A DNA stretch of 63,401 nucleotides, filler included, from Octopus bimaculoides (taxonomy: Eukaryota): NCBI RefSeq assembly GCF_001194135.2. It is 7 parts of 7 records of this genome, joined end to end, with 100 filler letters (N's around TTAATTAATTAA, not from the genome) between each part and the next. Parts side by side here need not be neighbours in the genome. Positions count along the whole stretch, not along the records: positions 22,135 to 27,367 come from NC_069005.1; positions 27,468 to 33,025 come from NC_068993.1; positions 33,126 to 52,920 come from NC_068990.1; 4 more parts are not named here. One strand, 5' to 3'. This document shows, one piece after another, positions 24,634-37,638 of this stretch. How positions within the stretch are numbered: position 1 is the stretch's first letter; each line of letters opens with the position of its first letter. The notes below the pieces were generated by a model. The model ran no database searches and was not told the origin of the DNA. It worked only from the letters and a program-made list of their open reading frames with translations. The position numbers were made by a program, and so were the translations under genes.

Positions 24634-25457
24634 NNNNNNNNNNNNNNNNNNNNNNNNNNNNNNNNNNNNNNNNNNNNNNNNNNNNNNNNNNNNNNNNNNN
24701 NNNNNNNNNNNNNNNNNNNNNNNNNNNNNNNNNNNNNNNNNNNNNNNNNNNNNNNNNNNNNNNNNNNNNNNNNNNNNNNNNNNNNNNNNNNNNNNNNNNN
24801 NNNNNNNNNNNNNNNNNNNNNNNNNNNNNNNNNNNNNNNNNNNNNNNNNNNNNNNNNNNNNNNNNNNNNNNNNNNNNNNNNNNNNNNNNNNNNNNNNNNN
24901 NNNNNNNNNNNNNNNNNNNNNNNNNNNNNNNNNNNNNNNNNNNNNNNNNNNNNNNNNNNNNNNNNNNNNNNNNNNNNNNNNNNNNNNNNNNNNNNNNNNN
25001 NNNNNNNNNNNNNNNNNNNNNNNNNNNNNNNNNNNNNNNNNNNNNNNNNNNNNNNNNNNNNNNNNNNNNNNNNNNNNNNNNNNNNNNNNNNNNNNNNNNN
25101 NNNNNNNNNNNNNNNNNNNNNNNNNNNNNNNNNNNNNNNNNNNNNNNNNNNNNNNNNNNNNNNNNNNNNNNNNNNNNNNNNNNNNNNNNNNNNNNNNNNN
25201 NNNNNNNNNNNNNNNNNNNNNNNNNNNNNNNNNNNNNNNNNNNNNNNNNNNNNNNNNNNNNNNNNNNNNNNNNNNNNNNNNNNNNNNNNNNNNNNNNNNN
25301 NNNNNNNNNNNNNNNNNNNNNNNNNNNNNNNNNNNNNNNNNNNNNNNNNNNNNNNNNNNNNNNNNNNNNNNNNNNNNNNNNNNNNNNNNNNNNNNNNNNN
25401 NNNNNNNNNNNNNNNNNNNNNNNNNNNNNNNNNNNNNNNNNNNNNNNNNNNNNNNTA

Positions 25458-25673
25458 GTGTATTTTATGTGCCACCCGCACAAGAGCCAGTCCAGGGGCA
25501 CTGGCAACGATCTCGCTCGAAAATCCTACGAAGGCCAGTCAGGCGGTACTGGCAACGGCCATGCTCAGAATGGTGTATTTTATGTGCCACCCGCACAAGA
25601 GCCAGTCCAGGGGCACTAGCAACGATCTCGCTCGAAAATCCTACGAAGGCCAGTCAGGTGGTACTGGCAACGG
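25458..25673 (+). repeat. 115-bp tandem repeat (about 1.9 visible units) next to an 822-N gap
   Basis: gtgtattttatgtgccacccgcacaagagccagtccaggggcact... starts at 25458 and 25573 and the units are nearly identical. Confidence 0.9.
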
Positions 25674-26019
25674 CATATTTATACACACACACAAACATAT
25701 ATACATGCATGCACACACACACCTACATACATATATGTATGCACATACATGTATACACACACACACATCCATCCAACCCATGCTAGCATGGAAAGCGGAC
25801 GTTAAACGATGATGATGATGATGATGATGACACACATACATATGTAGTAATGACACAACTATGCTACTCTGGAATTAATGACTCTCAGAATGGCAAGCAC
25901 ACCCAAAAGAAGCCATTCAGGTACCACAATCAAAGATAGAAAAGGTAAAAAAAAAAAATACAATATATATATATATATATAATGTATATGTACACACACA
26001 AAAAACAAAACAAAACAAA

Positions 26020-26340
26020 CATAAAAGCACCTATACATTGTGATAGACATCGCGATTCCTTTTGAGCAAAAACATTGATATGTTTTTTGATATTTTTTTT
26101 TTTCGATTTCCTTCCGGAACCAAGTACAAAGCCCTTGAAATAAAAACAAGATGTAAGGTTTGAGAGTAAAATGGCACCGACGATATGGTAATGTAATGGA
26201 TTTGATAAAGAAGAACATGAATAGAAACACAGAATAAAAACAAAAAATGCATATCAGGGCTCACAACTTTGCAACACAATCTATAAAATAGCCTTGTTAG
26301 GTACAGAATAAAGTCTTCCAATATTATATTCCAATACATG
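26020..26340 (+). mobile_element. R4/Dong-like non-LTR retrotransposon C-terminal (restriction-like endonuclease) fragment
   Basis: Frameshifted translation VIDIAIP...KYKALEI.TR..GLRVKMAPTI...IKK..ISGLTTL resembles the PD-(D/E)xK tail 'IDVSIP..KYKDLEIEITRMW..IPIIVGALG'. Confidence 0.55.
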
Positions 26341-26446
26341 CTATACCCTTACCTCCCAATATTACAACATGACTCGTACAATACATGTTCTACAAGATCA
26401 GTATTCATTGCTATAACCCAATCTACATTCTACATCCAATGGTTCT

Positions 26447-26570
26447 CAACCATTTTTTTACCAATGGACCCCTTTGATTTCTGTTTCACTCCACCCGCCT
26501 CTGCACCCCCTCATGTTAAAAAATATCCTATTGTAGTTTTCTAATTGAATATTATGAGGAATTGTAAAGC
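26447..26570 (+). mobile_element. Possible hAT-type MITE end
   Basis: caatggttctcaacc resembles CAGTGGTTCTCAAC hAT termini; no partner terminus found. Confidence 0.3.
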
Positions 26571-26571
26571 A

Positions 26572-26765
26572 GCGAGGTGGGAGAATCACTGGCATGTCAG
26601 ACAAAAAATGCTTGGAAGCATTTTGTTTGCCTTCGACGTTCTGAGTTCAAATTACGCCGCGGTCGACTGTGCCTTTCATCGTTTCAGGGTTGATAAAATA
26701 AGTACCGGTTGACCACTGGCGTCGATGTAATTGATTTACCCCCTTCTCCTGAAATTTGTGCCAAA
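26572..26765 (+). mobile_element. SINE family A copy
   Basis: gacgttctgagttcaaattacgccgcggtcgactgtgcctttcatcgtttcagggttgataaaataagtaccgg. Confidence 0.85.
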
Positions 26766-26769
26766 GTGA

Positions 26770-27120
26770 AGCGCCCATTGCTTCCCAACCACAGGGTTCC
26801 AGGTTCAGTTCCACTGTGTGACATCTTGGGAAAGTATCTTCTACTATTGCCTCAGGCCAACCAAAAGCCTTATGAATGGGTTTGGTAGATGGAAACTGAA
26901 AGAAGCCTGTTGTATATATAGGTGTGTGTATGTGTGTCTCTGTTTGTTCCCACCACTGCTTGACAACTGGTGTTGGTGTGTTTATGTCCCTGTAACTTAG
27001 CTGTTTGATGCAAAAGGCTAAGTATGAAGCTTAACAAAAGAATAAGTACTGTGGTTGATTCAATCGACTAAAAATTCCAGGCTGTGTCCCAGCATGACGA
27101 AAACAAGTAAAAGAATAAAA
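26770..27120 (+). mobile_element. CORE-SINE-like family B copy
   Basis: ggttccaggttcagttccactgtgtgacatcttgggaaagtatcttctactattgcc...tagatggaaactgaaagaagcctg. Confidence 0.85.
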
Positions 27121-27629
27121 GAAAACATTAGTAACGATCCTGCCAGCTCACTGCCTTAATTAAATAATAAATAATAATAATGACAATATGGATGAGGGTG
27201 GCGGTGGAGTTGAAGAAGATGGTAATTATGATAGTGATGATGATTTTGATGTTGTTGATGATGATGGTGGTGGTGGTGATGGTAGTGGTAGAAGTGGTGT
27301 GGTGTGTTGGTGGTAGTGGTGTGGTGATGGTGGTGGTAGTGGAGATGAAAATCTGCTGAATATGATGNNNNNNNNNNNNNNNNNNNNNNNNNNNNNNNNN
27401 NNNNNNNNNNNTTAATTAATTAANNNNNNNNNNNNNNNNNNNNNNNNNNNNNNNNNNNNNNNNNNNNCTGGAAAAAAAATTTTCTATATACACATAGTGA
27501 TATATGACTTACGTTGGACTCCTTATTCGCATAATCACAGAACCTGGATCTTAACTATGGTCCGTCCATAGCACTTACTCAGCATTACCTGACACCTTTG
27601 GGTATTTCTGACATCATTACCTCTCATAA

Positions 27630-27667
<38 letters not shown>

Positions 27668-27734
27668 TATACATACCCATGCATATACATGTATATATCT
27701 ATAATTCTTTCTCGTTCCGGTATAAGGTCAGAAT

Positions 27735-27930
27735 ATTTGCAGGAAATTGCAAGTGGATTGCAGCAACCAAATGGATTGCAACGACTTAACTGGCACTTTA
27801 TTTTATCGACCCCGAAAGACAGAAAGACGAAGGTGACCACGACGTTAATTGAACCCAGAACGTGAAGAGCCGGAAGAAATGTCACCAAGCAGTTTGTCCG
27901 ACGGGCTAACGATTTTGTCAGCTCCATTCT
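27735..27930 (-). mobile_element. SINE family A copy
   Basis: actggcactttattttatcgaccccgaaagac...gaacccagaacgtgaagagccggaagaaat. Confidence 0.75.
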
Positions 27931-28305
27931 CTCTCTCCTTGTCACTCTCTCCCTCTCTCTCTCTCTCTTTCTCACACACACACATACACACACTCTCTCT
28001 CTCTATATATATATGTATGTATTTATGAATGTATATTATTACATGTACACTGTATTAAAATAAAAACTATTAATAGTTTCGTGCTATTAAGGCACGTGGT
28101 TAGGCAAGTTTCATAATGTGCCTTGTGTCTCCAAGAAATCTTCAGGCTCTGCACACATGGCTTGTTCTATTCGAAAACCTATCTAACCACTTACATGGAA
28201 AAATTGAAATATTATCTTTCAGTATTTTATAAGTTAAAATCTTAAATTAATTGATACATTATTAATTATCTTATAACAGTAATGTCTGGAAAAATCGTGG
28301 TTTAC

Positions 28306-28810
28306 ATGGAAAAATGCGTGCATGAAAAGTAATATTCTTAAAATTATAAACCTGGAAACGTACAGGACAAGTTATTACACCTGGAAAAGTGTAGGACAAG
28401 CTATTATTTCTAGTAAAGTAAAGAAACTTTTTACTTAAAATATTGCAGCTAAAATAAAAATTTGAATATTAAAAATTATTTTATTATAGTTTACAAATAA
28501 CACTATATTTATTTAAGTAGAATTTGGCTAATTTACTACCTTAAATACAGAAAAAAGTGACTAATTAGACAAACTTACAAATTAGCTGAACTGTTTTGTA
28601 CAATAAGTTTAAAAGTTGAGAACTGTAAAGAGTGATACATTAGAAGAACTGGCATTCTTTGCTGCAATATTTTCAGTAAAAAGTTTCTTATTCTTTACTT
28701 TACTAGAAGTAATAGCTTGTCCTATACTTTTACAGGTGTAATAATCTACCCTGTACTTTTCCAGGTTTATAATCTTAAGAATATTACTTTTCATGCTCGC
28801 ATTTTTCCAT
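28306..28810. repeat. Foldback-like element with ~145-bp inverted arms
   Basis: 28306-28449 aligns to the reverse complement of 28661-28810. Each arm holds two ~29-bp subrepeats (acctggaaaagtgtaggacaagctatta-like). Confidence 0.85.
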
Positions 28811-29619
28811 ATATATATATATATATATATATACACTCATAGATTGATCTGAGGCTAAACAAAAAAAAAACATAGCAACGACGAAAAAACTATAAATAGG
28901 ACAACAAAAGCTGATAGCAATAGCAGTGGACGTGAAAGCTGTTGAGTGCAAAAATAACATGAATTGCAGAAAAACAATAACAGCAACAGTTGCAGAAGCA
29001 ACAGCAGCAGCAGCGGCGGCGGCAAAAGAAGGGGTTTTCAAAGTTAGCAGCGCAAGGGCCAAAACGTTGGTGCAAAGTAGGGATTACTCGACGTAATCGG
29101 TTTCAGTACTGGGCTTATTTTATCGAACACTGAAGTATGACAAATATGAACTCGGAAGAGTTTGAACTAAGAATGTAAAGCATCTTGGATTAAGTGTTGT
29201 GTACCATTGTGGAGTGACTATTTACCGGTTCTACCAAACCCCTAGCATCCAGGGTCAGCAACAATAGCGGAACCAAACATTGTTGCATGACCTGTTAGAA
29301 AATGGCACAGAAATCCCCTTCAAATTACACCCTAACATCAATGAAAAAATAAATAAATAAATAAATAAAAAGAGTTAACTGTTGGATAACGTGACCTTGA
29401 GCTCCCTGCACAAGAGTGGCAATGGTTGGAATGTCTTTCAGATAGGTCTTACTCGATCAAGGCTGACTTGCAGTTGAACGGCAACTATAACTATAATAAC
29501 GATTGTGTAGTTATGACTAAAATATCTTTGTTTAAAGTCTACTCAGTCAGACTTGACCTAGGGCTAAACTGCAGCAACAAAATAGACAACGAAGAAAATA
29601 ATCCTCATAACAATCTTTG

Positions 29620-30000
29620 CTAACTTTGACCCAAGGCCTACAATTTTAAGAAGAGGCGAGCAAGTCAATTATATCGATCCAAGTGCTCGACTGCTACTTA
29701 TTTTATAGACCCTGAAATGATAAAAGCCAAAGTCAACCCCGTTGGAATTTGAACTCAAAATACTACTACTACTACTAATAATAATAATAATCCTTTCTAC
29801 TAAAGGTACAAGGCTTGAAATTTTGGGGACAGGGACTAGTCGATTACATCGACCCCAGTGCTTCATTGGTGCGTAATTTATCAACCCTGGAAGAATGAAA
29901 GGCAAAGTCGACCTCGGTGGAATTTGAACTCAGAACGTAAAGATATATGAAATATCGTTAACCATTTTGTCCGGCGTGCTGACGATTCTGTTAGCTCGAA
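29620..30000 (-). mobile_element. Two tandem family A SINE copies
   Basis: Units end ...gttggaatttgaactcaaaa and ...ggtggaatttgaactcagaacgtaaag, separated by (TAC)/(TAA)n. Confidence 0.85.
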
Positions 30001-30835
30001 TACTAGTTGGTATATTTTTCAGCTAATGATCGATATCTGGTAATATGGAAGATTTCAGTGTTTCTTCTCATTAACAGTTCATTAACGACTCAACTATCGA
30101 CACATGATCAAAGTCGCTTAAGCCATGACCATCCCACACTACTCTCACTTTGTCTCTTTCTCTCCCTCTTTAGAGCTACATTACCGAATGTATTACTCTC
30201 TTTTCAATACAGTAAGGCGTATATATTATCATGAAGGATTATTAGAAAGGCGTAGTAAAAAAAATAGTTGTGACACGCCCCCGCCCCGTGAAATAAAATA
30301 AAGGAACAAAAACAAAACAAGATAGATATTCCATATAGGAAAGTGGAAGTCTATTACATTTTGCGTGGAGAAAATTAAAGAAAACAAAAATGATTTCAAA
30401 GGGCCCGCCACCATGGTGAAGTAACACGATCCGTGATCGATCATCAGGCAGTTTGGACCAAGTGGATTTATTTGTGCGATCAATTGTTGGTAGCATACTC
30501 AGTCACTTGCACGTCAATCGATGCGCAAATGGCTGGAGCAATTCACCAACGCGTTTATCCTTAACGTAATCCTTGTCTGATCAGCGTTATATAGTATGTA
30601 ACGCGACCGGCTCTTTCGAATAGCAGGTTTTTTTTATCCATCCGCAGGGTTTCAACACAGTTTTTGCCCACTTACATTCACTTAAAAAACACAAAGATGG
30701 TATGCAGTGAGATCGAACTCAAGAACCCAAGATTGCGAAACAAATCTCTTAATTTGGTCATCACTGGTTCTCAACCGTATCCATATAAGATCTTGCTAAA
30801 ATTAGTGTGCAATAAATTTGTTATCTTTCCACATA

Positions 30836-31155
30836 GGCGCAGGAGTGGCTGTGTGGTAAGTGGCTTGCTTAACAACCACATGGTTCCGGCTTCAGTTCCA
30901 CTGCGTGGCACCTTGGTTAAGTGTTTTCTACTATAGCCTCGGGTCGACCAAAGCCTTGTGAGTGGATTTGGTAGGCGGAAACTGATAGAAGCCCACGGCT
31001 GAAGATAGCTTTATACCATCCTGTCTATCAATTATATACCCATATAATGATGCAACGACTGTTTGTGTATAAAGCTTGAAACACGTGTACTGCGCAATCC
31101 TTTGTGTTCTGTTTTAATTTTACGCTTTTAATTTATATATATATATATATATGTG

Positions 31156-31193
<38 letters not shown>

Positions 31194-31385
31194 TGAGTTT
31201 GTATTTGTCTCCCCACCATTGCTTGACAACCGATGCTGGGGTGTTTACGTCCCCGTAACCTAGCGGTTCGGCAAAAGAAACCGATATAACAAGTACTAGG
31301 CTTACATAGAATAAGTTCCGGGATCAATTTGTTCGACTAAAGGCGGTGCTCCAGCATGGCCGCAGTCAAATGACTGAAACAAATA
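30836..31385 (+). mobile_element. CORE-SINE-like family B copy, interrupted by about 190 bp of unrelated sequence
   Basis: Head ggcgcaggagtggctgtgtggtaag, ccactgcgtggcaccttgg; the 3' half resumes at about 31195 (ccccaccattgcttgacaaccgatg). Confidence 0.85.
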
Positions 31386-32512
31386 AAAAAGTACACAGAA
31401 TTTTAAAGCTATATTTAAATGCAAATCCTAATAATATTCAATTATAAAAATGTAATAAGATTTTTTTAAGCGTCGAAAAGCTTCGTCGCACTTCTGCATT
31501 TTGGCCATTGACACAGCGTCATGGATGATTACTTTTGCTTCTTTATTTTAACTTATGACCACAAATTTGTCAGGAAGTGGGAATAGTTGATTGAATTAAC
31601 ACCAGGATCTAGGCTCACCAGGTACGTTTTTTTATTTTCTAACTTGCGGACTAAGAATGGCAATGTTGAAACCGAATAGATTTGAATATGAATGAGTGAA
31701 ATTAAAATACTAGTTTCACTTAAGTCCGTGACCTACTACTTGTGGTGACATTCGTAACTCTGTGTTGTCTGGGAGGTACAGCAAAATTCATGGTTTTCGG
31801 TTATTTGGTATGTCAACACGTTATAAGGTAGCTCATTGGTTATATATCTCTCAAGAGGATTTAAGCAAGCTAATGGAAGATCCGTTAAAATTATACGGGA
31901 GCTGAGCACAGTGGCTGCATTTCCCGGTGTCTTAAAACTCGGGCGGTTTTAATTGCAAAATACGAGACGAAATGGCCTAATTATACCTAGTGGTATAATT
32001 ATTGAAGTGAACACTTAATACATTGCTTGTTTATATTTTAACCTATCCCAGAAGAATAAAACATAAATATGACCTCACCGCAATTTGAAATATCAACATT
32101 GCAAATATTGCAATGCAACTTGCAAACATAAAATAAGTACGTAAGCGTTCTCGGATAAATGAAAAAGTAAAGTCACCCCGCGACAGTTTTTGAAAGTTCA
32201 TATTATGTTGGACGAAGCAAAATATTTTAAGATCCTATTAAACATCGTTTAACTTTTTGTTCACATCTCGCTACCCTAGGCATGTAAATGTAACAAATAA
32301 ATATATACAATCCTTATTTAGGGGCATTTATAGATATTGTAGCACAGTACTAGTACAGTAACAGAATATCGAATTAATGATGGAAGTGCCAACTGCTGGT
32401 TGCTCGACCCGAAAGAAACTGGAGTCAAGTCTCTCTCAGATATCACCCAATCGTGAATTTGTGAATTTACACGCAGACGACACATTACTAAGACGGGGAA
32501 TTTGGGATAATC

Positions 32513-32895
32513 ATTTGTTGTTGTTGGCACTCCGTCGCTTACGACGACGATGGTTCCAGTTGATCCGATCAACAGAACAGCCTGCTCGTGAAATTAACGT
32601 GCAAGTGGCTGAGCACTCCACAGACACGTGTACCCTTAACGTAGTTCTCGGGGATATTCAGCGTGGCACAGTGTGACAAGACTGGCCCTGATGAATTACA
32701 GGCACAACAGAAACAGGAAGTAAGAGTGAGAGAAAGTTGTGGTGAAAGAGTACAGCAGGGTTCGCCACCATCCCCTGCCGGAGCCTCGTGGAGCTTTAGG
32801 TGTTTTCGCTCAATAAACACTCGATCTGGGAATCGAAACCGCGATCCTATGACCGCGAGTCCGCTGCCCTAACCACTGGGCCATTGCGCCTCCAC
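32513..32895 (-). mobile_element. Apparently intact tRNA-derived SINE, family E, with (CAA)n tail
   Basis: The minus strand begins gtggaggcgcaatggcccagtggttagggcagcggactcgcggtcataggatcgcggtttcgattcccaga, with A-box and B-box-like motifs. It is CpG-rich and ends in caacaacaa. Confidence 0.85.
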
Positions 32896-33129
32896 GAGAT
32901 AATCATTAAAGAGTCGAATAAAATGCTGTGCCCTTTGTAGTATTTGATTCAGTTTTCAGCACTTTGAGTTCAAATCACGGAGACGCTAAAATAAAACACC
33001 AGTCTAATACTTTCTGTGCTCCCTTNNNNNNNNNNNNNNNNNNNNNNNNNNNNNNNNNNNNNNNNNNNNTTAATTAATTAANNNNNNNNNNNNNNNNNNN
33101 NNNNNNNNNNNNNNNNNNNNNNNNNTTTC

Positions 33130-33248
33130 TGAAGCCTAGTACTTACTCTAAACTTATTCTATAGGAATCTTTTGCCGAACCGTTAAGTCACGGGGACGTA
33201 AACACACTAACACCAATTGTCAATCGGTGACGGGTGAAAACACGGGCA

Positions 33249-33284
<36 letters not shown>

Positions 33285-33425
33285 TATATATACGACGGGT
33301 TTCTTTCAGTTTCCCTCTACCAGATCCACTCACAAGCCTTTGGTCTGTCCGAGGCGCCACGCAGTAGGACTGAACCCGGAACCATGTGGTTGGAAAGCAA
33401 GCTCCTTACCACACACCCACGCCTG
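33130..33425 (-). mobile_element. CORE-SINE-like family B copy with internal deletion
   Basis: ggactgaacccggaaccatgtggttggaaagcaag; ttcagtttccctctaccagatccactcacaagcctttgg. Confidence 0.8.
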
Positions 33426-33435
33426 AGTCTCTGTT

Positions 33436-33473
<38 letters not shown>

Positions 33474-33589
33474 TCTCTCTCGATATATATATCTCCACTA
33501 CTTGTGATAATCCTTCGGTTGAATTCTTCAAATTGGTGGGGTTTCATATCACGACTCCTGTCTGTGCCTTAGTCGCAGCTGTTGGCTCA

Positions 33590-34870
33590 TTTGGTGTATG
33601 AAGGAGTATGATTCTGCTGTCCTCGTATGCACCTCAAGCCGGGCCGTCGGTTCATCTGGTATTGTGGAGAGGAGGATGTCTAGTTCCTTTAGAAGATATC
33701 TACATCCACATTATGTAGGTTTCTTAATTTTTGTGACACGGTATAGAAGAGCTGTTAACTTTTGAACCCCAGGCTATTACAGTATTAGGTCCTGAATTCA
33801 GATGAAGTGGATGGTACCTTTGGTACAATAAAACGGCATCCTGTTCTGGCATTTGTATAATATTCAATGACGAAATTAGATACTAGCCCTCCTACAGTTT
33901 TCTATATGTAGATTAAAACATATCTGTCGCTCTTTCGCTCCAGCGAGTAAAATCGTAATTTTTCTAGCCTCTCCTTGTAGCTCATCTGCAGCACTGTTTC
34001 AATCTTTTTAGTGTAGTGACGTTGGACTGCTGTTAGTTTACCACTATGTGGTGACCATATCTGAGCGCAGTAGTCCAGGCGGCTGAGAACAAAGCTCCTG
34101 CACAGGATCAGCATAACTTCTTGGTTTCTTGTCTTCAAGGGCCTTAGTATCCTTCCAGCCAGTTGACTGCACTTTGCTGCCATCTTGGTAATATGCATAT
34201 GAAATGATGCCCCATTGCACATACTGATCTCCAAGTCTTTCATTGCTTGTGACTCAGGGATTGTAATGCCTTAGTGTCCTGTGTATGAGGCTGCAGTTCA
34301 TTCGTGAGCTAATAGTGTAGTGCTTGAAATTTCCTAGCGTTAAATTGGATGTTGTTTAGTTCAGCCCACTTGTATATTGCATTCAGGTCTCGTTGTAAGC
34401 TTGCGTCGGCATCAAGATTTTTCATTGCCTGTGGTAATTTTGTATCATCAGCGTAGCTAATGACTGTGGCTGTCTGAGTGACTATGGGCGTATCTAAGAA
34501 GACTATTATAAAGAACATGACCTCAAGACAGCCACTTAGAATTTGAGTTTCTCAGAAAGGGCACCATTGGCTGCAACTGCCTGATTTCTATCTTTAAATA
34601 AGTCATGCAGCCACTCTCCCAGTTTACCAGTAATGCCAAGGTCTCCTAGCTTGTGACATATGCCATAATCTACCTTATCAAAGGTATTTGAAAAGTCAGG
34701 ATATATTACACTGACATCTGAATGGTCAAGCAGCTGTTTCAAAATCCAGTCATAGTGTTTTAAGCTTCGTCCTAGACGGAAGTCATGTTGTGTATTGTTC
34801 AGTAAATCATTTTCTTCTAGGAACATTATCAATTTCTTTCTAATGATCCGTTCCATGACTATACTGCTCC
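33590..34870 (-). mobile_element. CR1/L2-group LINE: degenerate reverse transcriptase and C-terminus, 5'-truncated
   Basis: ORFs 34536-34856 (QHDFRLGRS..YPDFSNTFDKV), 34309-34518 (YADDTKL) and 33902-34243 (SFVLSRLDYCAQIWSP..SYKERLEKL) are collinear, with stops and frameshifts. Confidence 0.9.
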
Positions 34871-36027
34871 GCTCCCACCTTTACGGGTAGGGCATATAAT
34901 GCCTTCTTTTAGCTTTTTAAGAACTTTACCACTTGTATATATACAAAGTTATAAATGACAGAGAAATGGTATATGATGAAAATTTATTTAACTAGAAGAA
35001 AATTCAGGTATTATAACAAATTGTTTCGTAACATAAAGCATATAAAGATAATTTGTATTATTATATCTATTAATAAATAAATTACTTCCATGTCTGCATT
35101 ATGCAAAATGCAAAAAAGAAACTTTTAAAACAATGCAGAAATTAAGCTATGTCCTCAAGTAAAAGAAAATCTTTGTTAAATACTAAAATCTCGACGTAAT
35201 GTTTCAAGAACGCAAAGTCAATATGTAAATAGAGCGTTAAAGATTATGGAAGTCACTAATAGTAAAATTAATATAAAATGATAAGTCGATTGTCTAACAA
35301 ATGGAAGGGTATTATAGTAATATAATTAAAAAATTACTGGTAGATATTATTAGTATAATAAAAGAAAAGAGATATATTTATTACTAAAAATCTAGAAAAT
35401 AAAAGATCATAAAAAGTAAAAATAGAGAGAAAAAACAATGATAACAAACTGAAACTTAATAAAAGTATTTAGAGACAATGTTTACGAAATACAGGGATTA
35501 ATATCGACAAGAAAAATATGAACGATATTAAATTTTTTTTTTTAAATCATTAATTTGAAGATATAAGTATTTTTTAAGAATTCATAGAAAGTGTATAAGA
35601 CAATGAGAATAAAATTAATATAAATTAATAAGACAGTTTTCTACGAGAAAGGAAATTTCAGATATTAAAAATAATTATTAGATGGTTTCGGTATAGCAAG
35701 AGGAAAATCATATATTTATCATTCACAGAGNNNNNNNNNNNNNNNNNNNNNNNNNNNNNNNNNNNNNNNNNNNNNNNNNNNNNNNNNNNNNNNNNNNNNN
35801 NNNNNNNNNNNNNNNNNNNNNNNNNNNNNNNNNNNNNNNNNNNNNNNNNNNNNNNNNNNNNNNNNNNNNNNNNNNNNNNNNNNNNNNNNNNNNNNNNNNN
35901 NNNNNNNNNNNNNNNNNNNNNNNNNNNNNNNNNNNNNNNNNNNNNNNNNNNNNNNNNNNNNNNNNNNNNNNNNNNNNNNNNNNNNNNNNNNNNNNNNNNN
36001 NNNNNNNNNNNNNNNNNNNTATATATA

Positions 36028-36890
36028 CAGTAATCCTTCCACTATCGCGCGTTACGTTCCAAAACTCCCCGCTATGTGTGAAAATCCGCGAAGTCGAAAC
36101 AGTATGTACTGTATATTTTTTTTAATTATTTTTATAATTTGTATATATTTATTTTATTATTTAATATATTTAAACTTTTATAAACTCTTAGGAGTACCCG
36201 TGTCTTCTCTTTGTCTAAGGAACATAGTGATAGGCAGTTGGTGACGCTACCTTTTCTTCTGTGAAAGGAGGGTTTTATAAACTGCCATGGCTCCGTCGAT
36301 TGTATTTCTGAACTGCAACGCACGTATCATGTGGGGTCCATATCTTCTGCCATTCTCTGAAGTTCTTTTGCCGCTTTTGCTTGACTTGAGTGGCGTTCTA
36401 GTGATAGGCCGACTTCTTCTTCCCCTGGATCTTCTTGCTGGCTTCATAATCTCTATCAGATTTTCATCCGTTAACGGATCTGAGTAGGCCTCGATCAGGT
36501 TATTAACGTCCTCGGTAGTCATATCGGTGAAGCCATCTCCTAGTAATTTTGTCAGCTTCACTGCCTTATCTACTGCAGAGTGGTGAATTTCGCCAGGAAA
36601 GAATCCTTTATAGTTGTGAACCGCTTCTGGCCACAATTCCTTCCAGCTGGCATTCAAAGTTTCGTTCTTCATCTCCTTTATGGCCTTCTGAATATTTGCA
36701 ATGGTGTACCCACGCCAGTACTTCTTCAGCGAGAAATTATCATCCGAGTCTATAGCCTCGATCAGGTGTTGTAAGGAATAGATCGCCTTAAAAGCATGAA
36801 CAACGCCTTGATCCATGGGCTGGATCAGCAATGTGTGTTCGGTGGTAAGAATTCGATTTTTACGCCCTCATACGACAGATTGCTGACGAC
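36028..36890 (-). mobile_element. pogo/Tigger-like transposon 3' part, including one terminal repeat
   Basis: ORF 36247-36831 starts in the ..IQPMDQGVVHAFKAIY motif (preceded by KIEFLPPNT); the terminus reads ta|cagtaatcc. Confidence 0.85.
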
Positions 36891-37389
36891 TTAAGAATGG
36901 ATAAACATTTGAGAGAACATGAAATAGCTCCAGGAACAATGGATCTCGAAGCACATAGAGCTATAAATAATAGCATGTAAACATTGGAAAAAAAGCGTTT
37001 TCGATAGAAAAAGTCGAAGGCAGTCCAATTTTTACAAAACGGGCATACTACAGATTTTGCATACGATATGTAAAAATCCAGAAGCAGCAAATATACCCAG
37101 GAGTGAACGAAACTTAACCTCTGGAGATAAATGAACCCTAGTTTCAACACATTTTGTTTGAATGGACACAGTTTCTGACTGTCTATGTTTGATGCCATAA
37201 TCTGTTACACAAACGGAAGTTATGTATCTACAAGATAATTGTATATAACAATAAATAATGTTAGGTTCATTAGCATTTAAGGAGGTAAGTAAATATCTGC
37301 TGCTCACATTAAGAATGCGAATTCCATACTAATCTTTCTCATCCAACTGAACGCCAAACTTGGAGTACGAGATGAAGCTTTAACTTCAA

Positions 37390-37433
<44 letters not shown>

Positions 37434-37603
37434 ATGTGTGTATGGGTGTGTATCTGTGTGCCTGTGCTCGCATGTGTGTGTGCGCGCATGCGTTTCTTTG
37501 AGTATGTATGAGCATTTAAAGTTATGACAAAGGACGCATAAATTTCTGCTGCAAAATAAACTTAGTGTTATATAACCCCGTATATATACATATATATATA
37601 TAA

Positions 37604-37638
<35 letters not shown>

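Noticed and set aside
32840-32895. tRNA-like sequence
   Set aside because: It is the head of the family E SINE, with no complete acceptor stem.
34900-35730. Very AT-rich stretch suggestive of a NUMT or viral insert
   Set aside because: No recognisable mitochondrial gene, tRNA or long ORF in either genetic code on manual inspection.
37262-37292. Strong splice donor gag|gtaagt with a possible 20-nt microexon
   Set aside because: The upstream acceptor lacks a polypyrimidine tract and there is no supporting coding signal.
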